Below are positions 36,822 through 49,559 of a stretch of 64,000 nt of DNA, in pieces. Below the pieces are notes generated by a model, which made no database searches, was not told the origin of the DNA, and saw only the letters and a program-made list of their open reading frames with translations. Each line of letters begins with the position of its first letter. The stretch's first letter is position 1. A program made the position numbers and the translations under genes. Source of the stretch: Octopus sinensis (Eukaryota). The stretch spans positions 50,282,001 through 50,346,000 of the forward strand of contig NC_043004.1 in NCBI RefSeq assembly GCF_006345805.1, given 5' to 3'.

Positions 36822-37900
36822 GAGGGTGTCCTGAAATTAAGGCGACTGAAGTTTCGAGCTTTAATAAGTATTAATAAATTAACAAGATATGAAAATTATA
36901 CATCTTTATAAAAGCTTAGTGTCTTCTTTTCATTTCAGACTAAATTCAGATTTATAAATTAGATAATGGCTATAGACCACAAAGGTGGCGAAAGTAATAC
37001 AGCTATAGAGAAAAGGCTTAAAATTAAACGAAAAAGTCTGGAAAATTGTCAAAAAATTTCAAGGGATTGGTTCCAGCGCTGATCTACCTGAAACTAGCCG
37101 AAAAAGAAGTGTGCGGACCCCTCAACTTATCAAAAATACCAGAGGAAAGATACGGCGAAATCCTTGTTGTTCCGTCAGAAAACTGGCTGCCACAGCAAAA
37201 ATAAGCCGAATATCGACGTATCGAGTGCTGAAGGAGGATCTCAGGACCCGCCCCTACAAGATGATTCGTCGTCATGAGATTACGCAAGTTTATAAAGCCA
37301 TGAAACCGGAGAGAAGTCGTCTTATCCTGCGTCAAATTGCTGAATGCACGCTGCCCAACTTGATGTTCACTGATGAAAAGAAATTTGACATCGAACAGAC
37401 AATAAACAACCAAAATGACCGACTTTGGAGTGTATCTGACTCTGTCGAGGTTAGACTCGTAAATCGACGTCAATCTCCGCAGTCAATTATGGTTTGGGCG
37501 GCTGTGACAGCCAACTGGTACTCTGGTGTGTTAAAATTACTACCATTATATTAGCGACATTACATTAGGACATTACATTAGCGACATTCTGGTCTCGGCA
37601 CAATGCAACAGGTCCAAACAAACACAACACTGGATTCAGAAAAACTTTCCGTCGTTCATAGGCAAGGATGTATGGCCCTCAAGAAGCCCCGATTTCAACC
37701 CGCTGGATTTTCTGTTTAATCCATTTTGGATACGAGGGTCTCGAGCACTTCTCATGTTTCGCTCGACGCTCTGAAGGCAAAACTGCGACAAGAATGGGCT
37801 TCGATTCCGCAAGAACAGCTTCTTGCTGCGTGTGAAGCATTCGTACCTATAGTTAAGGCTGTGATTCGAAACAGAGGTGTTCATAGTGAATAAATGTGGT
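36822..37900 (+). mobile_element. Second maT-like Tc1/mariner element, internally deleted
   Basis: ORF 37111-37554 (FTDEKKFD..NNQNDRLW, SIMVWAAV); downstream WPSRSPDFNPLDF and LRQEWASIP. Confidence 0.85.
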
Positions 37901-38002
37901 AGTGTCATAATTGTGCTTCCTCTACCACTGCATTGCAACGCTCGGACCGGAAATACGACAATATTTCACTTCACAAAAAACCATTATATATATATATATA
38001 TA

Positions 38003-38185
38003 TAATGGTTTTTTTTATACAAGCTTAAAGCTTAGGAAATTAGTCTAATAAAGGGGCATATAAGCCCTCGACAGTAAAAAAGAATGCTTTCTGTCAAGGG
38101 CTTTATATGCCCCTTTATTAGACTATTTTCCTCAGTCATTGCACGGTGATTGCCATAAGCTTTAAGCTTATATGAAAATACCATT
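38003..38185. repeat. Fold-back / palindromic MITE-like element
   Basis: ggaaattagtctaataaaggggcatataagccct pairs with agggctttatatgcccctttattagactattttcc; outer aagcttaaagctta / taagctttaagctt. Confidence 0.8.
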
Positions 38186-38247
38186 ATTATTATCTACAGG
38201 ATTGTAAAAACGGCGCCGTATAAAAACCATACGCACCGAAAGCATAT

Positions 38248-38289
<42 letters not shown>

Positions 38290-38716
38290 TATATATACAC
38301 ACACACAAACACTCATCGTATATGGGTACAGGATGTTACCAACAGTGCAAATAACATGAAATACGTAAACAACGAGGAAAAAATGGAAAACACCACGAGT
38401 TAAGACGGAAAGGAGCCTTCACCAGTTGTTGGCTGATGCAGGGCGTGTGAGTGTGCGCACTATTTCGGCAGTATTGGTTTGTGTATACGCTATGTTTATG
38501 CGTATGTTTGGCATGTAATTGTGTGTGTCATGGTGCGCTCTGGATATATGTTAGTGTGGTTTCGGTATGTGTACATGTATGTGTACGTTTCGTACGAAGT
38601 TGTGTGCGATAGTGTGTGTTGGTGCGTAGCATTTGTATATTGGCCATGTAGTTGTATGTGGTGGTGTGTAGATCTATGTATGGATATATCTATACGTGTG
38701 AGTATATGTGTGTGTA

Positions 38717-38780
<64 letters not shown>

Positions 38781-39060
38781 TGTGTGTGTGTGCGCGTACA
38801 CATTTTATTTTATTTCTTGTTACAGACCCTGTTAAACTCATAGGAGAGAGAGCGAGGAAGCGTCTTTTTACCCCTGAAAACTAGTCCGAATGCTTGCAAC
38901 AACGTGGATTCCACTAAAGACACTCAGCTTCATGGGATGGAATTAAACTCTTTCGTCAACCCTTTCGTCATTATATTTTTGTTGAAATACACTGTATTTG
39001 TTTCCAATTAATTTTGAAAATAATGAAGAATTTAGTGAAATAACTGTATTATAATTAAGA

Positions 39061-39971
39061 CTAGCTTAAGGTGACCCGCTCTACGCGCGGGTAAGGGTGT
39101 GGTTGTTACTTTCTGTTGCTTCCTTTCTGTTTCTTATCGCCACATTGCCCCTCTTTGTTTCTCTCTCCTTTCTCTCTCACTTTCCCACTCTCTTACTATT
39201 CATTCCTCTCGGACTTTCCCTCGCTTTCTCTTACTCTCTATCTATCTATCTCTCCCTTTTTTATAAACAACAAAAGACCTTGAGTAAGTTGAGAAAGAAA
39301 ATATTTTTACGCTTTTTAAACCCTTCGTCGTTATTCTCATTCACTCATTATTACTTTCTCCTTTCCTTTCACTTTCTCTCTATAACGTCGTTCGATAGCG
39401 TCTACTATCTTTCCTCCGCCACCTTCGCCAGCGCTGTCACTCTCTCTCTCTCTCTCTCTCTCTCTACGTCTGTCTGCATTCATAGAGAGAATTATCATCG
39501 CCACCAGCACCACCACAACCACCACCACACAATCATGAAAATCTTTCTCTCTATATATATATAGAGAGAGGGGGAGAGAGAAAGTATTAATGAGTGAATG
39601 AGAATAACGACGAAGTGTTTAAAAAGTGTAAAAATATTGAAGGCGGTGGAAGAAAGATAGTAGACGCTATCAAACGACGTTATATAGAGAAATCGAAAGG
39701 AAGGGAGGAAAGAGAGAGAGAGGGAGAGAGAGAGATGGAGGAAGATAGGCAGATAAAAGAATGAGAGTAGACTTGTCAAAGTGTGCGTTTTTCGCCCTAG
39801 CAACGACACCTTTTAAGATAGGGATTTCTAACCTAGCCCACTCTCATATTCACCTCATTTTACATGTCTCTGTAAATTTTGGAGTCAATCCGACGGGATC
39901 TAGTGGCCTTTAACCCGTTCCAATGCCAAAACCAGACAAACTTTTCGCATTTCAGAATTATAATATAGAGA
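39061..39971 (-). mobile_element. Non-autonomous Helitron, ~910 bp
   Basis: 5' a|TC; 3' hairpin acccgc-gcgtaga-gcgggt followed by CTAG|t. Confidence 0.82.
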
Positions 39972-40543
39972 TGGTGTTTAAGACAGGAATTAACACGAAA
40001 TGTTGATGAAAGGAAGTTTGTCTGCCAGAAACAGGGGCCGCCTCACGCGAATTAGTAACGAAAAGGATTGCGTTTTTATGTGCATCCATATACAACGAAA
40101 ATTACACGTGTTTATCCCTATTTAAACGTGGATGTTCAATTGGAACAGATTATACTGTGGTAGATACCATGAGAGAAACTCTAATACTGGCTTTTGGTGC
40201 AAAAGGCACCCTTGTATATATTGATAGCGGGGAGATAAATCCCCGCCACAGGCCATCAGATCACATGATTTCGACCTTCTTTGGTCCTTATCAGTGATGG
40301 ACGCTCGGCCGCAAGAAATAGCAGCGACTCATCTCCTCGCCAACGATAAAAAGAATAACAATTTCAGAACAGGCGCTTGTGTCGCGATTAGCCAGTGAGA
40401 TTGTTAAAGAATAAGTATGTGCGTATATTTGTTTGTGTGTGTGTGTGTGTGTGTGCGCGCGCGCGTGCGTACGTGCGTATGTGTGTGTATGTTTGTGTGA
40501 GTGTGTGTGTTTGTATGTGTGTGTGAGTGTGCGTATGTGTGTG

Positions 40544-40597
<54 letters not shown>

Positions 40598-40659
40598 TTT
40601 GTGTGTGTGTGGTGGCTGTTGCTATATGTCGAGTCCGTGTATGTGTTAGTGTTAGGTAC

Positions 40660-41073
40660 ATGTTTGCATGCTATTTCAATTACGGTCTGTGGGTAGACCA
40701 ATCTTACATTACAAGGATGTTTGCAAAAGGGACATGAAGGCCTGCAACATCAATATTAGCGGTTGGAAGGCAGTTGCCGGCAACCGTGGAGACTGGCGAC
40801 GTACCGTAAAAGAGGGAATACAAAGGAGTGACAGAGAGAGAGAGAGAGGAGAAATGGAAAGACAAGAAAAGACGTCAACAAGAAACTATGGCATTATAAC
40901 CAGCCAGGAACAGTCTTCGCTACATTTGCAGTACCTGCCAGAGGGAGTGTTTGTCCAGGATAGGACTACGCAGCCACACCAGGAAATGTATCAGGACATG
41001 AAATGTAAAAGCCGGACTAGACTACCTTATGCGCAACTCCATTGTCTCCCGAGACAAAAAGGATGCCAACAAC
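40660..41073 (+). mobile_element. RTE (BovB-like) LINE 3' end
   Basis: GRPILHYKDVCKRDMK..NISGWKAVAGNRGDWRR; C2H2-like tail in a shifted frame; tail ...gagacaaaaaggatgccaacaac. Confidence 0.8.
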
Positions 41074-41107
41074 ATTTCAATTACGTTGTTTTGTGTATGT
41101 GCATGTG

Positions 41108-41138
<31 letters not shown>

Positions 41139-41203
41139 TGTGTGTGTGGTGTGTGTGTGTGTGTGAGTCCAAATGTAATGAGCATCCAAAATCGCAGATA
41201 TAC

Positions 41204-41606
41204 TTTTCTTTCTTTTCTTTTACTTGTTTCAGTCATTTCACATGCGGCCATGCTGGAGCACCGCCTTTAGTCGAGCAAATCGACCCCGGGACTTATTCTT
41301 TGTAAGCCCAGTACTTATTCTATCGGTCTCTTTTGCCGAACCGCTAAGTGACGGTGACGTAAACACACCAGCATCGGTTGTCAAGCAATGCTAGGGGGAC
41401 AAACACAGACACACAAACACACACACACACATACATATATACGACAGGCTTCTTTCAGTTTCCGTCTACCAAATCCACTCACAAGGCATTGGTCGACCCG
41501 AGTCTATAGCAGAAGACACTTGCCCAAGATGCCACGCAGTGGGACTGAACCCGGAACCATGTGGTTGGTTAGCAAGCTACTTACCACACAGCCACTCCTG
41601 CGCCTA
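41204..41606 (-). mobile_element. SINE family A, full length
   Basis: Reverse complement of the family A consensus. Confidence 0.9.
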
Positions 41607-42639
41607 TACTTGACAAAAAAAAAAAAGAATGTTTATTTTTTAGTGTGGGTAGGAAGTGAAAGCTGTATAAAACAGAAAATAGCATAATGTAGTCGTGTGA
41701 CTGAACGCTGTTAGAAGCGGAAATCAGAGGAAATGCTGAGTGGTTTATTTTTAAACATTTTTGAATTTGTATCTTTTTTTTTCTTTTGAAGGGAAGAGGT
41801 CATCCAGAGTGCAGATTGGCCAAAAAGGAGGAAGGATGAGTATCAGTAAAGACATGTGTGTGTGTGTGGACGGCGGTGGTAAAAGTTGGTTCAAGAAGTG
41901 TTGTGTGCGTATCTGTGCACGATGTTTATGAAGTAGTGTTTGAATGTAGTGAATGTGTGTGTATGTGGCGGGGACATATGCAAATAAACTGCGCATATGT
42001 TGTTGTATAAGTGTATGTGTAGGCATGTGTGGACAATATTTGTGTAAGTGTATGGAGCAATGCGGGTGCGTGGATTCCGTAAATTTCTTCCAACCACTTG
42101 AAGTTTTTCAAAATTTCAATATTATTTTCAAAAAAATGTAGTTCGGATGTACATTTGCATGCTGATGACGAAAATCAAATTCATTCTTGTTCTAAAATTT
42201 AATAATAAAGATGTTATGTAATTTTAGCCAATCAAAAACTTCCATAGCCAGCATATCATGTGCTGATTTCCATTGCCATAGAGATCAGTACACACGAAAC
42301 CTCTATGTGGTCTCTTTACTTGCTAGAAATAGTAACCAAAGCTTCCTTAAACTACACCATAATGTATAAAAAGCAAAACGAACGAAACATTGCACCACAG
42401 CACTGTTTATTTCCTCGCTTGGGGTAGGTCCAAGTGCTTTCCACTTTAATTACATTTAAATTAAAGTCAATCTCCACGGATGAAAACTTTTATCGAGCTC
42501 TCGATCCTCGAAACACTTACAAAATGTAGTCTCTTTTCTTATGATTGCGGCTTGGTTATGTAGGAGCTGGAAATTTCTTCAGGCTGCATGTCGTTTCCTT
42601 ATTTCCATATTGACGTCACAAAGGCTACTTATTTCTTTA

Positions 42640-42862
42640 TTGCCCCACAAGGGGCTACACACAGAGGGGACAAACAAGGACAGACAAACGGATTATGTCG
42701 ATTATATCGACCCCAGTGCGTAACTGGTACTTATTCAATCGACCCCGAAAGAATGCAAGGCAAAGTCGACCTCGGCGGAATTTGAACTCAGAACGTAGCG
42801 GCAGACGAAATACCGATAAGCATTTCGCCCGGCGTGCTAACGTTTCTGCCAGCTCGCCGCCT
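42640..42862 (-). mobile_element. SINE family D
   Basis: ggcggcgagctggcagaaacgttagc head; atcgaccccgaaagaatgcaaggcaaagtcgacctcggcgg core; partial copies at 58556-58690 and ~23580-23760. Confidence 0.7.
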
Positions 42863-43215
42863 TGGCTACTTGCGGAAGGCTGAATTGCTAAATGCCACGA
42901 GCTAGTGTGTGAGAATATATGCTTGGCGAGAGGAAAATGTAAGTCTTCATGCTTGGTGAGGTGGTCTTTTAATACGAGGTCAGGGTGGCATGAATCCTAC
43001 CTGATCAAGAAAATCTCTGCCGTCTTTTGTCAGTGCTCTCCATCATCTCTTGCTTTTATTTCTTGCGCATATCAATTTATAACCATCATTTGGCGCGAAA
43101 CTGCATGGAATTTTCCATTACTCTCAACACCCTTTATGCATGTGCCAACTATTAGGCAAAATGTAGGCGATTATCTCTTGATATGTCGTAGCCATCGTTT
43201 TGTACTGGACATACG

Positions 43216-43266
<51 letters not shown>

Positions 43267-44559
43267 GCACGCACGCACACACGCACATATACAGTGTAGT
43301 AGAGTGTGAAGTATGAATATCCACAGAGCGGTGCACAGACAGATGAGAACTTAACATCCAACTCTTTCAACCAAACCCGGTGCCCCTGGCATCAGAAATT
43401 AGCTATAAGGATGATCCTCGTCGAGCTGGTATAACAATAGATAAACACGAGCAGATTTAATGCATATATTTACATTGAATACAAAATATAGAGAACGGTA
43501 AGTAGAAATAAAGTAAACGAAAGGAATTATGCTCGTGTCTTATCGTAACAGCTGTTTCGGGAGCATCAATGCCTATGCCGTAACTATGTTCATGCATAAT
43601 AAAGATCCAGGGTGTGCAGGTGTATAAAATAACAACTGTCCCTATGGGTCTGTTAGGCAAAGCTAGTTCACCCTCACCCAAAGCTGGCAAAAGGTGTACT
43701 TCTTAGCAATGTTTAAAGTATAAAAAAGTTAATGAGAATAAAGAGACCGTGTTGAAAGGATTAGATGGAAGGGCATAGTGAGAAGGGCAGGTTGATTAAA
43801 GAGAAATCAAAGTAATGAAGGCAACAGCTGAGAAAAGCATGAGAAAGGGAGATAAAGACAATTGTAATAGCTGGACAGTTACAAGGAGATCTGTCAGTGT
43901 GTACGAGGGGGCTTGGCAGTAAGCGTTTGTGGGAACATTAGAGGATTCTCTCTTCTCTTCCCACGTGACTGATAGGCCAGACTGCTAGCCCTCTTTTTGC
44001 ATCTGACCGTGGTCAGTGTAACATCGATATTCTTCCTGGTGTTTGTGAAAGTTTTGTATCTCTGCCGTAAGGCTTCATTTCCACACACGTTTGCTGAATC
44101 CAATTCGTCCCCAGTCGAAAGACACCTGTTGTTATGCCCTGTTACTATTTTTATTTTTTATTGTATTTTGTATTTATATTTGTGTAACATCGTCTGTTTT
44201 TCCGTCCTTGTTTTCGTATACATTCGATGCTTTCTTCCAAGGAATCTAATGCGCTTAGCTTAGTTTTTCCTTGGGGCTGGCCAGATTGGAGCAATCTCAA
44301 GATTAATCAACCGAAATTGCGAGGATGATCCGGTTCTTGACTGAGGATAGAAAGCTTCGAATGACCCTTCCTTGTTTTTTTGTGTATCGTCTATCTGGAT
44401 GTTTTGTTGTCCCTTTTTGTATCACTTAGTTGTCCGGATGTTTTGCATTCTTGTCCCATTTTGTATTATATATATATATATAGTCAAATCGAATAATACT
44501 GCTCAACATGTAATTTTCATCAAGCATATGTCAAGGTGTACTTAGTGTAGTTTTTAATG

Positions 44560-45300
44560 CTGTTTCAAATATACCACTAGTTTTTTGACATCACGTACAG
44601 TTTTCAAGATGAAAAAGATTTTGTGTTTTAGCTCGTGCATTATATAGAAATTCCAATTAATGACATGTGTGCATGTATTTCCTTTACATCATGGAAAACA
44701 TACCTTTAAAATAAACTACTTTATTCATTGCTGCATAGTTCAGGTGCAATATTTCATCATCTTAAATTAACCTGTCAGGTTTTGTCTGATGAAATAGGTA
44801 TTTCAACATCTCAAATTGTCCAGTCATAATTGGTCTGGTGAAATAGTTCATCATCTCAAATTCAATATAAGTATAACCGTTTGTATCTATTTCCTTACTT
44901 GTTTTACAATGTTAAGAATGTCATGATAGTGTAGAAATCGTCCAGACGTGTTTTGTTATGTCTGTGGACAATTTACTGTGAAAGCTCAAAAACGTACAAT
45001 AACACCAGAGATCAAGAAGATTTATAAGCTATAAATAAGACTGTCCTCTTGGAGATCAGGACAAGTTATGGGCACCACATTTTATCTGTTCAGCTTGTTC
45101 AAATGGTTTACGTGACTGGGTCAATCAGTAGAAGTCCATGCCTTTTGCCATTCCAATGATATGGAGGGAGCTGAAAGACCATTTTAATGACTGCTACTTT
45201 TGCAAATTTTGGTGTACCTGTTGACGAAGACTTCGCATAGCAAATTATTTTATTTGCTATAAGTCAGAAACCATGATCCAGAAAATAGATGGTAAATGTT
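44560..45300 (+). mobile_element. DNA transposon fragment, Chapaev3-like transposase N-terminus
   Basis: ~44925-45215 translates as CRNRPDVFCYVCG..GDQDKLWAPHFICSAC..PMIWRELKDHFNDCYFC; family name is from recall of this motif set. Confidence 0.6.
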
Positions 45301-45421
45301 TTTCTTTTTCTTTCCTTTCGAGAATTTATCCCTAATTAGTGGTTTGGACATTAGTTGTTCCTTCTAGCGTAAGGGAGTCCTATGATGGAAACCTCTTAAT
45401 GTGTTTAAATGTACACTGTAT

Positions 45422-45472
<51 letters not shown>

Positions 45473-45552
45473 ATACATATATATACATATATGTATATAT
45501 ATATATATACATACATACATACATACATATACATACAGAAATACATACATAC

Positions 45553-45583
<31 letters not shown>

Positions 45584-47133
45584 ATATATATATATATTAT
45601 ATATATATATATATAATATATATATATATATACATACATACATACATACATACATACATACATACATACATACATACATACATACATACATAAATACATA
45701 CATACATACATATATACATACATACATGGTGGCTGCCCCCTCGTTATCGGGTATGGCCATTGCGCGAAGCTTAATCAATGTTGTTATCGTGCAATGCCTG
45801 TTCAAGATTTTTTTTTAAGTGAGGAAAGGCTGTGCACTGAGTCAATCCCACTCACTAAGCAACAGCAGCCATAATCCGAAAAGAAGAACAAGTCAACATT
45901 ATCGGTAACCACTGAGCCGCAGGTTTTATGTCGGAGTTATCCTAGTTACCTGAGTTACCTTCTTCTAAAAGGATGCCCTAACAAAGGCTAGGAGTCCTTC
46001 ACTCCCAATGGCTTAACCGCACGATCGGGTATTCAGTCCTATTATTTCTATGTCCCCGCGCATGATACAACCTTAAGACATTTATTGGATGGCCGTTGAC
46101 TCTCAAGAGTTCCTCCGCCCTTTGACGGGTTTTGTTTTTCATCCCGCAGGGTGTCCAATAAACACCCTCCTCACCAAGCAAGCTTGGTGGGGTTGCCGTT
46201 TAAGTCGCCGACGACCCGACCATGCAAACAGGTTGTACTGGGTTACATGTTACCAGTAGCACTCGAAAGTGACCTGACATAACATGGAAGCGCAATGGCC
46301 CGGTGGTTAGGGCAGCGGGCTCGCGGTTGTAGGATCGCGGTTTCGATTCCCAGACCGGGCGTTGTGCTTATTAAGCGAAAACACCTAAAGCTCCACGAGG
46401 CACCGGCAGGGGGTGGTGGCGAACCCTGCTGTACGCTTTCACCACAACTTTCTCTGACTCTTTCTTTCTGTTTCTGCTGTACCTGTATTTCGGAAACCCA
46501 TACCTAGCACTTTATGGCATTTTAAGTTAACCGACTGGTTGGAGCCCCACCAATCATATGCTTTTTATACTTGGCAGCTCACGTACTGCACATCTGACCC
46601 CCCCCCCGCCAAAAAAAACAGCAGCTAGGTTGGCTGAAACCATTCATTTAAGCATGTTCCACGTACAAAGAGATTTACCGCTCCCAAATAGTTGTTCGCT
46701 TATAACTTTTCTAAACGGCTCGCCCAGAAATGCATTGCATAAGTTCAGAGTAAAAGACAAAACAAAAAAAGACATCCCGCTTCCAAATGTCTGTTTGAGG
46801 CACATTAGCGGCAACAATTCCATTGGTCTTGGATAATCTGCGAAAACCTTTTTCTTTAAGTTATTTATTTATTTTTTAAAATAAATTACACATCGCGGAC
46901 TATTTATTTATTCAACTTTAAAAACAAACCATTCAAAAATTACTTTCATTGAGGTATAGAAAAATATATACAAGTAACGGAAACTGAAAGAAGCCCCTGG
47001 CTTAACGAGCAAGCCATACACACACATATATGGCCTGCTCGCTAAGCTAGCGGGATGGCGTCATTTGAAGGCTAAAACAATGCCAAGCGATGTGTAGCAA
47101 CATCTGATAGCCTGGTCGGTCACGGTGATCACG

Positions 47134-47197
<64 letters not shown>

Positions 47198-47590
47198 ATA
47201 TGTAGGTCCCGGGTTGATCCGGGGTTAACCACAGTAAGTAAGGTACTCAATACATAGCAGAGTAAATAATTTATTATATAGAAGGAGCTCTACAGACTAG
47301 TACTTTTCATTCAAGAGAAATCTTCAGGAAGCTATTTAACAAGAATTGTATTAGCATTTATACATTTAGGCAGGTTTAAAGGAGTGGTGGTGGGGGACTT
47401 TTTTGGGGGTAGGCATAGCGCAAAATATCATACTTGGGGGAGTGGTCAAGGAGTCAGTGGTAAGTTAGGTGAAAGAATAGATAAATAAAATAATAAAAAA
47501 ATAAAATGTGTGCACATACATACATAAACACATATACTACACACACACATACGACACATGTGTCCTATACATACCTACACATACACACAT

Positions 47591-47665
<75 letters not shown>

Positions 47666-47949
47666 ATCCAATACAGGCCCATTCCCTAATTTTAATTTTA
47701 TTATCTTCATTTATTACTTTTGTTATCTTTGATCGCTAGAGCTAAGGATCCTGGCGATGGCAGCATGTCCAAATTGTCTGTCTACTAGAAGGCAAGTACT
47801 CGTTCCCGCACGCACACTCATTAGCACGTACATACACCCATTCGTACACTCATACACATACACGTACGCACGCGTTATATTCATACATACAAACATCTAC
47901 ATACGTTCACGTATATACACATACGTACTCGTACCTACAGATTCATGTC

Positions 47950-47996
47950 TACACTTTAGGAGGCTAGTCTATATATATACACCAATAAATATACAT

Positions 47997-48028
<32 letters not shown>

Positions 48029-48171
48029 CACATATACACATACACACACACACACACACATATATACTCCTACATACAGATACATACCTATATATATATA
48101 TATATATATATACCCACACATACATGTACATATATATATATATACATATACATACATATACATATATATAT

Positions 48172-48207
<36 letters not shown>

Positions 48208-48478
48208 ACATATATATACATATATACCACACATACATACATACATACATACACACACACCCATATATATAACACACATACATACACATATATATACATA
48301 CACAACATATATACACACATATATAACATATACATATAGACCACACATACATACACACACCTACATACATATACACACAAAAACACTACATACGTAAACA
48401 TACATACATACATCCATACATCCATACTTACATGCACTTATACGCATACACACACCCCCATCTATATATAATATATAT

Positions 48479-48512
<34 letters not shown>

Positions 48513-48828
48513 ATACACACTCACACATACATATACAAATATACGCCCACACATACATACATACAACACGTATACGCATACACGCACATACACATATACA
48601 TGCGTACCCATACACGTGCCCACACGCACATGCATCCATATGTATACACACACACACATATATACACGTGTGCAAGCATACATACATACTCATACACGCA
48701 CACATACTTACATATACATATATGCACACACTTACACACATATATACATACACATATACACATACACATATACATGCATACATACATATATGCATACATA
48801 TATGCATACATATATGCATACATATATG

Positions 48829-48861
<33 letters not shown>

Positions 48862-48890
48862 TTGTATGTGTGTGTGTGTGTGTATTTATA
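47950..48890. repeat. Compound (TA)/(CA)/(TACA) microsatellite block
   Basis: Direct inspection. Confidence 0.9.
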
Positions 48891-48895
48891 TATAT

Positions 48896-49140
48896 GAAGG
48901 CTCATGACTCAGTGGTTAGAGCGTAGGACACTCATTTCATAAGGTAGTGAGTTCGATTCCTGGACCGGGCTGTGTGTTGTGCGAGACGCTTTATTTCACA
49001 TTGCTCCAGTTAACTCAGCTGTAGAAATGAGTTGCAACGTCTCTGGTACCAAGCTGTATCGGTCTTTGCCTTTCCCTTGGATAACATCAGTGGCGTAGAG
49101 GTGGGAGGCGGGTATGCATGGGCGATTGCTGGTCTTTTTG
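48896..49140 (+). mobile_element. SINE family C, degenerate
   Basis: gaaggctcatgactcagtggttagagcg head, gagttcgattcc box B. Confidence 0.7.
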
Positions 49141-49559
49141 AAAGCGGGTAGGTGATGGGTGCGCGAAGTGGGGGGACGGGGCAAAGAGTGTTTCTTTAAG
49201 GAAAATTAAACTTAAAAATATATATATATTTCACAGGTTCGTAATTTCTGTCTTTTTCTACATGGATAAAAAAAAAAATTTCGTAAAAAGTTACAAATTA
49301 AGAAGTTGTGGTGGGGACGGGGGGAAAACTAGAATTTTGAAAACATGATTTCTGGCCAAAATCATATTAATCCACTTTTATACGATGAAACAATACATAG
49401 TTTGTGATCCTTCTTAAGAACAGAAAAGACTTTCATGCAAACCCATGCAACCTGTAATCTCCCCACTTCACTTTTACGCCAGTAATCCAGTTCACTATAT
49501 ATTAACTGTATTGATTCTGCCCATAAGAAAGGAACAAATAATACAGTATGGCTGTAGGT

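Noticed and set aside
43540-43610. GAAAC-AGCU-GUU with palindromic stem III on the minus strand
   Set aside because: The CUGANGA half and stem II are not recoverable; at best a heavily decayed relic.
45218-45281. Hammerhead-like arrangement UUGACGA-A-GACUU..AAGUC-A-GAAAC
   Set aside because: It needs C3U, an extra A before GAAA and a stem III mismatch; it sits at a transposon-fragment junction and may be a chance hairpin.
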